A DNA stretch of 40,835 nt from a bacterium (lineage in GTDB: Bacteria; Hinthialibacterota; Hinthialibacteria; Hinthialibacterales; Hinthialibacteraceae), in assembly GCA_963663405.2 (NCBI GenBank), contig CAXXSM010000006.1, positions 1-40,835 on the forward strand, in the 5' to 3' direction. The translations under genes were made by a program, and so were the position numbers. Below are positions 27,037-37,900 of this stretch, piece by piece. Within the stretch, counting starts at the first letter, position 1; every line of letters starts with the position of its first letter. A model generated the notes under the pieces. It had not been told where the DNA came from. It made no database searches and was given only the letters and a program-made list of their open reading frames with translations.

Positions 27037-29958
27037 TCAATCAAATTTGATCGCTACCCGGACCATATCCAGTATATTAACCACCCCATCATCATTCACA
27101 TCTGCGCGATCCGGGATTGATCCATCCCCAATGGACGTCCAAGAAGGATCGAGTCCATCATTTACTTGGCGTCCAAAGTGAATACTGATCAGAACCAAAT
27201 CCAGGATATTGACGTAACAATCATTATTTACATCTTCAACAATAGGCGATCTACAAAGCCTGAAATAATCGTCACTGACATCCCATATCTTTTGATTCCA
27301 ATCGAATCCAAACGGATTGAATATGTATACCGCGCCTGAATTCGCTGCATTGTTGTCATGTCCACTTGCCCCTACAATGACACTGCTCTCGTACGTAGAA
27401 ATCGATATCCCGAGATGATCACCTGCGCCAATATCAGATGACATAATTTTCGTTTTATAATTCCAACTATTTCCCTCTCTCATAAAAATGTATATCGAAC
27501 CCGCATCGATTCCCAAAGCGTCAGTCTCAGGCGCGCCAATCGCCGCGATCTCTCCATACAACGCCACAGAATGACCAAAACGATCTCCTCCCGACGCATC
27601 GATAGCCAGTAATTTATCTTGCTGAGTCCATGATACGCCGATGCGAGTAAACACATAGGCGGAGCCTGAATCATCACTTACATCATCATTGTTACTCGCT
27701 CCAATTATTACGGTGTCATCGTATATCGATACGGATTCCCCGAAATTATCACCTTCAGAAGCGTCATCAGCCGTTAATTTCGCTTGTTGAGACCACGTCG
27801 TTCCATTACGAGTGAATACATAGGCTGAGCCTGACATGGGGCCTGCGTCATCATCATATGGAGATGTAGCGACAATGGTGTCTCCTGAAATGGAAACGGA
27901 GTAACCAAAGCCGTCTTCCGAAACTGCGTCGATAGGGATTAATTCCGCTTCTTCGATCCATTCAAGTCCATTCCAGATGAATACATAAACCGAACCAGCA
28001 TCCATTCCAGCGTTATCATTCGTAAAGGCGCCTACAACGATCGTATTTCCCGATATTGCGACGGAACTACCAAATCCGTCTCCCGCCGTTGCATCGCTGG
28101 CCACAAGTTTTGCTTGCTGAGTCCAGGCAGCGCCGTTCCAGGCAAAAACATAGGCCGATCCAGATTCTGAACTCATGTCCACTGTGGGGGCTCCAGCGAC
28201 AATCAAATCATCGTCTAGCGCCACGGCGGCTCCAAAGAAATCATCCTCCGCTGCGTCATCAGCCAATAACTTCGCTTGGATTTCCCATTCACTATTTTGT
28301 TTAGAAAATACATATACCGAACCGGCGTCCGGACCCGCGTCATTGTCATACTTCATCCCTGCTACAGCGATGTCTTCCTCAATTGTTACTGATCCACCAA
28401 ACTGATGATCGCGCGCCGCGTCCCCCGCTGTCAATTTTGCTCGCTGGTTCCAAACATCAATTTTTCTCTCGAATATGTAGGCAGTTCCCGCATAAATACC
28501 CCCATCGTCATCCGAATGTGCTCCTGCAACTATCGTATCTCCATAAATAACATGTCCACCAAATTGGTCTCCGGCTTCAATGTCGCTTGATAACAGTTTT
28601 GCTTGTTGAGTCCATGTACTACTATTTTTCACAAATACATACGACGCTCCTGAGTTTTCACCGATCCCATCCTGGCCATTAGCAGCAACTACTACAGTGT
28701 TTCCGGAAATGGATATACGACCTCCAAATTCATCCGCTTCATTGAGATCATCTGGAGATAATTTCGCTTCCTATACCCAGGAATTGCCGTTATTTGCAAA
28801 AATGTAGGCCGATCCAGAATTCTCACAACTGCCATCATTATGAGGAGAGCCAACCGCTATGAGATCGTCATAAATTGATACTCGCGCTCCAAAAAAATCC
28901 ATCGTAACACCGTCAGATGCCTTCAGTTTTGCTTGTTGATTCCAACTCTCACCATTTCTCTCAAACACATAGGCCGCTCCGACCCAAGCATTATCTCGGC
29001 TTCCAATAACCGCTATGTTATTCCAAATCGAAACATCCTGCCCAAAAAAATCTAATGTATGAGGATCACTCGCTGTTAGTTTTGCTTGTTGACTCCAAGT
29101 ATCTACATTTCTTACAAACACATAGGCCGATCCGGAATCTTCAAATACGTCATCATCAAAAGAGGATCCTACAATAATAGTATCTTCATAGATTGATACA
29201 GATTCTCCAAAATGGTCAAATTCAGCAGGATCACTGGCAATGAGTTTCGCTTGTTCCGTCCAAATACCACTATCTTTCACAAACACATAGGCCGATCCAG
29301 AATACGTTCCTCCATCATCATCTTCTTCAGCCCCTATGACAATGGTATCTCCATAAATCGCTACAGAACTTCCAAATTGGTCGCTTATAGCAGCGTCACT
29401 TGCAGTTAATTTTTGATATTGAATCCACCCCATCCCTTTTTTTATAAATACATAAACTGCGCCAACATCATTATCACGATGTGCGGCTATCACAACAGTA
29501 TCTCCATAAATTGCTGTATGCCTTCCAAACATATCATAATGATACGAATCGCAATTGCCATGAACGAGTTTTGTCTCTTCATGAGCAATAGCAGAAATTT
29601 CAATGGCGCATAGTGTGGAGGATATATCGGGTGTCAACCATGGATAACTGTTCAATCCAGGGATAGTTGTCACTGCGCGCTCTATCGTCTCCCAGGACAC
29701 CATTCCATCCGCGCTAAACATGAGATCAACTGAGCTTATTCCGCCTGTACATAGATATTCAATATCATTTACTGTATTCCCATCCCAAAATTCTCCTCCA
29801 TCAGGCGCGATGATTTGAATCTCCGGTAATATCTCCATAGAAGCTGTGTCAGTATCCGATAATCCCACATTAATGAAAGTATTCATAAATACAAATGTTA
29901 AACCAATTATAGCAATTCGGATATTTGCTTGTTTAAACATGATCGTTCTCCTTTCCAT
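27037..29958 (-). CDS. Secreted FG-GAP beta-propeller protein with C-terminal dockerin-like tag (copy 3, 27040-27237); interrupted by an in-frame TAG at 28771-28773
   Basis: Repeats of W.QQAKL.ASD....D.FG.SV.I....IVVGA..DD....GSAYVF; the two track ORFs share a frame and the sequence between them encodes an intact repeat. Confidence 0.85.
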
Positions 29959-29986
29959 AATTCAGGCAGAATTTGTAAAACGAGAT

Positions 29987-31594
29987 TCAATCAAACGCAA
30001 TAGACACACGAACCATATCCAAGATATTGACCACTCCATCATCATTCACATCCGCTTGATCCGGTATTGAGCCATCCCCTATGGACGTCCAGGCAGGTTC
30101 GAGTCCATCGTTCACTTGACGGCCGAAATGGATGCTGATGACGACTAAATCTAAGATATTAACAACTCCATCATTATTGATATCTTCTGGAATAGGGAAT
30201 TCGTACTGTAAGGCATTGTATGCGTTGACAAGCCCGCCAGTTACTGTTTTTCCATCCAGCGATGGAATTGGGCGAACTGTGTTTAAAATCACATCTTTTA
30301 TCTCTTGGTATGACCGATCTGGATGCTGGGCATACACCAAAGCGGCGACACCGGCCACGTGGGGTGTCGCCATCGATGTGCCACTTAGATAAATATAAGG
30401 GGGGAATCCCTTATTCAAATAAGTGGGACATGTACTTCCGACATATACTCCTGGAGCGCCAATATCTACACTGGTTTCGCCATAACAGGAAAACGAGGCC
30501 ATGTTGTCTTTATTGTCCGTAGCAGCCACAGATATGATATTGTCCAGGTCGTATGAGGATGGATAGACCGGTTGGAGATCGTTGTCACCATTGCTGTTTC
30601 CAGCGGCGGCGATGAAAAGATGCCCGATAGATTGAGACGCTTCTATCGCGTCGTAGAGCGCTTGGGTATGTCCACCAGACCAACTGTTATTTGAAACTTT
30701 CACCCCCATCATTACCGCATAATCGATCGCTTTAACCGCATAACTGGTATATCCACCATTAGGTCCCATCATCCGGAGAGGCATAAGTTTACAATTCCAC
30801 AAGACTCCCGTTACGCCTTCTTCATTATCTCCTACAGCGCCTATTATGCCAGCGACATGTGTGCCGTGATATTCGTCTGGAAGCCACGGTCGATTCCAAG
30901 GAGATGGATCGTTATCCCCTTCAAAAAAATCCCATCCATTTACATCGTCCACATATCCGTTATCATCATCGTCAATTCCGTTATCCGGGATCTCATTCGG
31001 ATTAACCCAAATGTTCGCTGCCAGGTCAGGATGTTCCATCTGGATTCCCGTATCGAGAATCGCAATCACAGTATTTGGATCTCCAGTGGAGATTGTCCAC
31101 GCTTCCGGAGCGTCGATATCCGCATCGGGTACACCCTCGTTGGCTGGTTGATCGGGGGGAATTGTCTGCCCCGTGTTATGTAATCCCCATTGCAGATCAA
31201 AATAGGTGTCATTGGGAATCAATGGAGTCGGCTCACCAGGATCTGATTGGATGAAATAATCGGGTTCTGCGTATTCAATAAATGGAAGATTACTTAACTT
31301 CTCTATCGCCTTCTCTACATCAATTCCGGTTATCTTGATATGTTCCAGTCCAGGAACAATCTTATATCCCTTAAGTTTTTTACCACCAACCAATGTTCTT
31401 GCAAGCGTCATATTCTTTGTTAAAATGTTCGTCTTGAATCGGACGAGAATGGAATCGGAAGCGAATTTAATACGAGTATTCTTATTAGATTTCTGCAACA
31501 TCTGGGATTGCGCCTTCAGCGCACATGTACATACGAATGCTATTATCGATAGTATTAGGATATGAGGATAATAACGCTGAAGACAGTATCTCAT
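29987..31594 (-). CDS. Secreted S8 subtilisin-like protease with dockerin-like tag (copy 4, 29990-30187)
   Basis: Triad ILDTGI / YHGTHVAG / GTSMATPHVAG, AAAGN oxyanion motif, propeptide YAEPDY. Confidence 0.94.
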   Translation of the reverse strand: MRYCLQRYYPHILILSIIAFVCTCALKAQSQMLQKSNKNTRIKFASDSILVRFKTNILTKNMTLARTLVGGKKLKGYKIVPGLEHIKITGIDVEKAIEKLSNLPFIEYAEPDYFIQSDPGEPTPLIPNDTYFDLQWGLHNTGQTIPPDQPANEGVPDADIDAPEAWTISTGDPNTVIAILDTGIQMEHPDLAANIWVNPNEIPDNGIDDDDNGYVDDVNGWDFFEGDNDPSPWNRPWLPDEYHGTHVAGIIGAVGDNEEGVTGVLWNCKLMPLRMMGPNGGYTSYAVKAIDYAVMMGVKVSNNSWSGGHTQALYDAIEASQSIGHLFIAAAGNSNGDNDLQPVYPSSYDLDNIISVAATDNKDNMASFSCYGETSVDIGAPGVYVGSTCPTYLNKGFPPYIYLSGTSMATPHVAGVAALVYAQHPDRSYQEIKDVILNTVRPIPSLDGKTVTGGLVNAYNALQYEFPIPEDINNDGVVNILDLVVISIHFGRQVNDGLEPAWTSIGDGSIPDQADVNDDGVVNILDMVRVSIAFD

Positions 31595-31649
31595 TTACAC
31601 TTCCTCCGAATGATTTAGATAAAGCGACTTCAAAAGTATCCTACTAACT

Positions 31650-33590
31650 TCAATCAAACGCGATTGACACACGAACCATATCCAGTACATTGACAACTCC
31701 ATCATCATTCACATCCGCTCGATCCGGGATGGAATCATCCCCTATTGACGTCCAGGAAGGATCGAGTCCATCGCTTACTTGGCGGCCAAAATGAATGCTG
31801 ATTACCACTAAATCCAAGATATTGACAACGCCATCATTGTTAACGTCTTCCGCATATTGTTTTAGTGTCAGACGGCCGGATCCAAAAAGGTTGTCTTTCC
31901 CTGGATCCCCTAAATCAACCGCCCATTGCTCGAGGAGATTTTGATAATCGGTTAATGAAAGATGTGGATATCGAGACATCAATAACGCCGCCGCACCCGC
32001 CACGTGAGGTGTCGCCGCTGAAGTGCCGCCTAGAACTGTTAAGATTTCTACAGAGACATCCGTCGGCCCACAAAGATCTGGTTTGATCCTTCCACCTAGC
32101 GACGGGGGATCGCCTCCTGGGCCATTGGTAGGTCCTTGCGAACTATACGATTTTAAAATCCCATTTTCCCATTTATCTTTTCCAATGGCTCCAACAGAGA
32201 TTGCTGTAGGTGAATTCGCGGGATTGATCAAACTCCCCGGTTTGATGTAGTAATTCATGTTTTGTGGAAAACTGAATAGTTCGAGATAACATTCGGGAGG
32301 AACGGGATCGTTGGATTCAATCCGTATCACATACCAACTATCGGATGGAGCGATCAAAGAAATCTTTTCTGTTGGTTGCTGACCGGAATAACCGTTTTGA
32401 GGATTATTCGAGACAGCCACTTCATGATAACTTTTATTGATCGAATCCCATTCCAATAATCGAAGTTCCAAATTAATCGTACAATTCGTCCAATCATTCC
32501 AACTGAGATATACGTCGATTCGATCGTCGGCTTTTGCCTGGATAAAGTTATCGGCGGAATTTCCATCCCCAGCCGGATTGGGATTTTGAAAGTCATGCAT
32601 ATAATTTGAATTCATTGCATACGGATTTGACTCCGAAATTTCAGTAGGGAAAAAAAATCCTTCATAATGTCTTTTAGCCATATTCCCCGCAGCGGTTACC
32701 CATAAGATTCCATTTTGCCGGGCATGATCAATGATATCACAAATCGGTCCAGTCCCATCATAAGGCCCTTCATTCGCCCATCCAACTGAATACGAGATGA
32801 TATCCACTTCTTGATCAATGAGCCAATTTACGGCGGCTCCCAGTTCAACAATCGTTTCGCTGTTCACTAAATATAATGTCGAATCCGGCGCCATATCATA
32901 GACAATTTCCGCGCATGCGGTACCATGATATGTACTTCCTGGAAAGACACCATTTTCCCCAGATGGATCACCATAAAAAGATTTGGTGATAAGACCGTTG
33001 GGTAAATCCGTTCCCAATAAATTTTCATAGCCGTGAAAGCCTTCATCAAGAACAGCGATTTTTACACCTTGCCCGTTATATCCAGCAATATGATATTCAT
33101 TGGCTTTGGTCAGATCGACTCCTTCGCTGATTGCGAAAGAGATCGGAGTGTTTGGAGTTTTTATATAAACGCCGGGTAGATTCGTGATACGATCGAGATG
33201 GATTAGCGGAATTTTAACTTGCAGAAAATGATTGTACGATCCTTCTACTTTTACACCAAGAGATTGGAGTGATATTTCTAGTTCTTTTGTATTACTCTCT
33301 GTGTCCACAACGATAATGATAGCAATCATCTCTCCCGGAAGGATGTTCCAATCCATTTTTCGCGGCTGTGTTTTTGAATAGGAATTCTGTTTGTGGAATT
33401 GCTCCAGATTCCACAAATTCCAATCTAATTTTAAATTGATTTCTGTTTCGTATTGATTATTATCGCCTTCTAATAATTTTTTAATGGTGGCCCCAGAATC
33501 ATTCACTCCATTAATTCGGGAAAATGAGATATCATCGATTAATAAAAGAAGAAAAAATAGAACTAAAATTTTTTTTATAGTGTTATTCAT
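31650..33590 (-). CDS. Secreted S8 protease with inserted domain and dockerin-like tag (copy 5, 31653-31850)
   Basis: AVLDEGF / YHGTACAE / GTSAATPHVAG, KPDLCGP; start moved to ATG 33590 (signal-like MNNTIKKILVLFFLLLL). Confidence 0.9.
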   Translation of the reverse strand: MNNTIKKILVLFFLLLLIDDISFSRINGVNDSGATIKKLLEGDNNQYETEINLKLDWNLWNLEQFHKQNSYSKTQPRKMDWNILPGEMIAIIIVVDTESNTKELEISLQSLGVKVEGSYNHFLQVKIPLIHLDRITNLPGVYIKTPNTPISFAISEGVDLTKANEYHIAGYNGQGVKIAVLDEGFHGYENLLGTDLPNGLITKSFYGDPSGENGVFPGSTYHGTACAEIVYDMAPDSTLYLVNSETIVELGAAVNWLIDQEVDIISYSVGWANEGPYDGTGPICDIIDHARQNGILWVTAAGNMAKRHYEGFFFPTEISESNPYAMNSNYMHDFQNPNPAGDGNSADNFIQAKADDRIDVYLSWNDWTNCTINLELRLLEWDSINKSYHEVAVSNNPQNGYSGQQPTEKISLIAPSDSWYVIRIESNDPVPPECYLELFSFPQNMNYYIKPGSLINPANSPTAISVGAIGKDKWENGILKSYSSQGPTNGPGGDPPSLGGRIKPDLCGPTDVSVEILTVLGGTSAATPHVAGAAALLMSRYPHLSLTDYQNLLEQWAVDLGDPGKDNLFGSGRLTLKQYAEDVNNDGVVNILDLVVISIHFGRQVSDGLDPSWTSIGDDSIPDRADVNDDGVVNVLDMVRVSIAFD

Positions 33591-33624
33591 AATTTTGTAA
33601 ATTAAATGAATGACTTTTTTTAAA

Positions 33625-33664
33625 TAAAAAATCAAGGGGAGAGATAATAGACCTCCCCCCTTGA
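33625..33664 (-). terminator. Intrinsic terminator after the cohesin gene
   Basis: CAAGGGG...CCCCTTG stem followed by a T-rich tract on the minus strand. Confidence 0.7.
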
Positions 33665-33713
33665 TAGTGAGTACTATTCAATTCGAACAAGATTTAGATT
33701 TTATGGATTGAAT

Positions 33714-34881
33714 TTAAGGCACGGCCACACAATCCTCAACAATTCCCATATCAACGAGAATTAAATACAGCCAATATGGAATTTCCACCAAATTCACCTG
33801 ATCGCCGCAGTCAATGATAATTACGATAGGAAGAGTCGGATCCGATTCATATGGAAGTAAGAACCAATTCATCGTCACGTATTCATAAATCTCTATAACA
33901 ATAGCAGGATCCCATGTGATTCCTCCGCCTTGGTAAAAACCAGCGTCCCAGGGGAATCCGTTGAAGAGCAACATCCAAATCACCGCTTGGATTTCATTGT
34001 TTGTTGCGCTTAACATAAATGGCAATTGTGGTAATTGAGAATTGTATCTATTGCGATATAACCACAAAAGATAATTAACAAGCGGGAGGTTTTGTGGATT
34101 CCCGATTAAGGGGCAATCTTGTACGGTGAGAGAGGAATAGCATCCGACATTTTGATACCACCAACCCAGTTTGATATTTGTATCGATATCCGCGCACCAA
34201 CCAGGATATATTGTGTCTCCACCCGCGGCCAACGTGGGAGTAAACCAAGCGTCAAAATAACCTAGAACACCCGGCCAATATTTACCGCTGCCATTCCCCT
34301 GCCCATCACCATTCACTAGGTAATCACGGTTGACGTCATTGCCAGTAGAGACATTGATGGTCGTATTTTCAAGCGAAACACCTGGTATCGCATTACCGGA
34401 CGAATCGGATATCAGGCAACCTGTTGGGCCGTAGGGGGCCAAAAGAGATTTCAGAAGAGTAATTTGTCGAACTTCCAGATATTTCCCGAAAACGAATGGA
34501 TACTAAATCTCCAGAAGCAGTAACAGGCACAATACCAACTTCACCTAAAGGATAGATTTTGTTGCCATTCACGAGGGTTGCAGGAGGAATTATAAATATT
34601 GGAAAAGATAAACCCGAAGGAAAAATTCCTGAATTCGTATGACTTACATATTCGAATTTGGAAGAATCGAAAAATATCTCTAATTGATATCCTCTCATCA
34701 ATTCTTGACTTTCCAAATGCACTACGACATCGAATTCATCACCCAGTCCTATGTTTTGACTTGGAGGCTGAAGTGAAAGGGTTGCCGTAGTCTGCGCGGA
34801 AACATCGTTAACGCCCCATCCGCAGATGAAAAGCAAAAGACTGCTCACAAGTACTACTTTCACACGGTTGTGTCTTTTCAT
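33714..34881 (-). CDS. Secreted cohesin-like domain + putative thioester-domain protein; one extra base at 34434-34438 splits it into two ORFs
   Basis: AAGGAG RBS, signal peptide; LSLQPPSQNIGLGDEFDVVV...GYQLEIFFDSSKFEYVS...SGDLVSIRFRE...ISF(GPY)...ISDSSGNAIP cohesin pattern; GWCAD...IQAVIW...DQVNLV. Confidence 0.7.
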
Positions 34882-34930
34882 TGCCCTATCTCCTTTTCTG
34901 TAAAAAAAAAAAGAATTTATTAAACGAGAA

Positions 34931-37900
34931 TCAATCGAACGCGATCGATACTCGCACCATATCCAAAATATTGACGACTCCATCATCATTCACATCCGCT
35001 TGATCTGGAATGGATCCATCGCCGATGGAAGTCCATAGAGGAACGAGTCCATCATTGACTTGACGGCCGAAATGGATACTGATCAAGACCAAGTCTAAAA
35101 TATTGACCACTCCATCGCCGTTGACATCCTCCGCTCTTGCCAGAGCGCACTCAAATTGAATGTTACGATTCGCCGAGAAACTAAATCCTGCATCCACATT
35201 TTGATACGCGCCCAAATTCAACGCATGGTTCCCCGAAGGCAATGGCTGCAATAGTTCTTCCTGTTGATTGTTGTGATTCCACCACAGATGCGCGTCATAC
35301 ACCTCACTCGTCTGTCCAGCGGGGATATTCCACAAGGAATAGAATTGCCCATCAGACATGGCAAGATCCAAACAATAATCCGAAACACCAATAGAATTCC
35401 CATTATAGGTGAAGTCGAATGAATTCCAAGTGAACGTTGGCTCCTGCTCAGAAATAATTTGAGTGTGAACCGGGTACGTTAAACTAGGCGCGTCTTGAGG
35501 ATAATCTAGCAACGTCCCAATCGAGTGAGCCGTAGTCTGACTACTGTTATCACGAACTTCTACAATGTATTCACTTAAGATTGGAGTTCCAATAAATTCG
35601 CCTCCAACATCGATGTGGTAACGATTACAGCCATTTGAATAAATATTGAAATTGTCAAGATTCAAATCATTGTCACCCACGACCATGACTCGAATATCAC
35701 TTATTTGCATACTACTGAAATCACCGATGACGTCGACTGATACTCCAAAATTGTACCAAGAATCGACTTGACCATTGTGATGGTTTACATTGTAGCTAAT
35801 GTTCATGTGCGCATTCGAGATATCCGGATTCGTCTCCGCAGACTGGAATTGAATATACCTAGTCGTTGAGAGACTGAAATTAGTATCAACATCGCTATGC
35901 GCACCAAGGCTCAAGCCGTGGCTGCCCACTGGCAGTGGTGGAAGAAATTCATCCTGTTGCGTATTGTGATTCCACCACTCATGATCACTATATCCCTCAA
36001 TCATTTGCTCATTGGGAATCCACAGCCCATATCCATCCCCATTATATATGTTCAGATTGAGAGAGTAATTCTGTGCGCTTAGCGAATTCCCACCGTAAGT
36101 GAAACTATACATATCCCACATGAATCTTGGCGTCTGGTTAGTGATCAACTCACAATGTGTTGGATGAATCAAGTTCGGGGCAGTTTGTGGATAGTCTATC
36201 AGGGTTCCAATGATGTATGAAGTAGTTTGATCACTACTGTCACGCACTTCTACTACATACTCGCCGAGAACCGGGATACCTGAATACGATCCCCAGACAT
36301 TGATATGATAATTGTCGCATCCTTGTAAATCGACGTTGAGACTCCCGCTTTCTAGGTTCAATACGGTTCCGTCTGCCAGTATTGTGATATCACTAATATC
36401 CATCCCGCTAAAATCACCGAGTGCGTTCACCCATAAACTAAATTCATACATTTCATCAACTTGGCTGTTATAATGGTTGACGTAGTAATTAAGATTAACT
36501 TCTGCGCTCACGATATCCGGATTGGTCTCCGCATATTGGAATTGGATGTGCTGGTTCGTCCAGAAACTGAAGGGCGTTCCTGTGTCCAAATGGACGCCGA
36601 TATTCATGCTGTGGCTGCCCACCGGCAACCGCGGCAGGTATTCGTTCTGTTGCGTGTTATGGTTCCACCACTCGTGATCCCCATATCCTTCACTCGTCTG
36701 CCCGCTGGATACCGATAGACCGTACCCATCCCCATTTTGAATCCACAGATCGAGATTGTAGTTCTGAAAACTGGCTGGAGTTCCGTTGTAACTGAAACTG
36801 TATGCGTCCCAGGTGAACGTCGGAGTCTGGTTCGTGATCAACTCGCAGGGCCCTGGATAGGTCAAGTTCGGCGCGTCCTGCGGATAATCCACCAGCGTTC
36901 CGATCATGTATGATGTGGTTTGATCCGCGTTATCCCGCACCTCCACCACATACTCCCCGAGAATCGGATCGCCCGCGTACGGCCCCCAAATATTGATATG
37001 GTAATGGTTGCACCCCTTGCTGATCAGCGCTGAAACTATTGCCGTCCAGGCTCAACGGCGTTCCATTCGCTGTCACGGTGATGTCACTTGAGTTCATCCC
37101 GCTGAAATCCCCTATCGCATCCACCCAAACATTCAATCCGTATGATGTGTTCAGCTGGCTGTTCCCGTCGTAATTGACGTCACAGTTGATATGAATGTTC
37201 GAACTTGCGATGTCCGGATTCGTCTCTCCGTACTGGAATTGTATGTACCGGTTTACCCAGAAATTGAAGGCTCCACCAGTATTCAAATAAGCGGCCAAGT
37301 TTAAGTTGTGTCCCCCTACCGGCAACGGTGGCAGATATTCATTTTGCTGCGTATTGTGATTCCACCACTCATGATCTCCATATCCTTCGCTCGTCTGCCC
37401 GGCGGATACCCAAAGGTTGTACACGTCCCCATTATAAATACTCAGATCGAGTGAGTAATCTTGTACAATCAGCGGAGTTCCATCGTAAGTAAAACTGTAC
37501 GCATCCCATGTGAACGTGGGTGTCTGATTCGTAATCAATTCGCAGTGCGTGGGATACGTCAGATCCGGCGCCTTCTGTGGGTAATCCACCAGCGTTCCAA
37601 TCGTATACGATGTGATCTGATCCACACTATCCCGGATCTCTACGATATACTCTCCTAATATCGGATCCCCCGTGTATGGAGCCCAGACATTGATGTGGTA
37701 ACTGTTGCATCCATTGGAATCGATGTTGAAACTATCGCCGTCCAGGCTCAGTGGCGTTCCATCCGCTGTCACGGTGATATCACTCACATCCATCCCACTG
37801 AAATCACCGATCGCGTCCATCCATACATAAAACCCGTATGATGTGTCTACTTGACCTTCATGATGGTTCACATAGTAATCAATATTAACATTCGCGCTGA

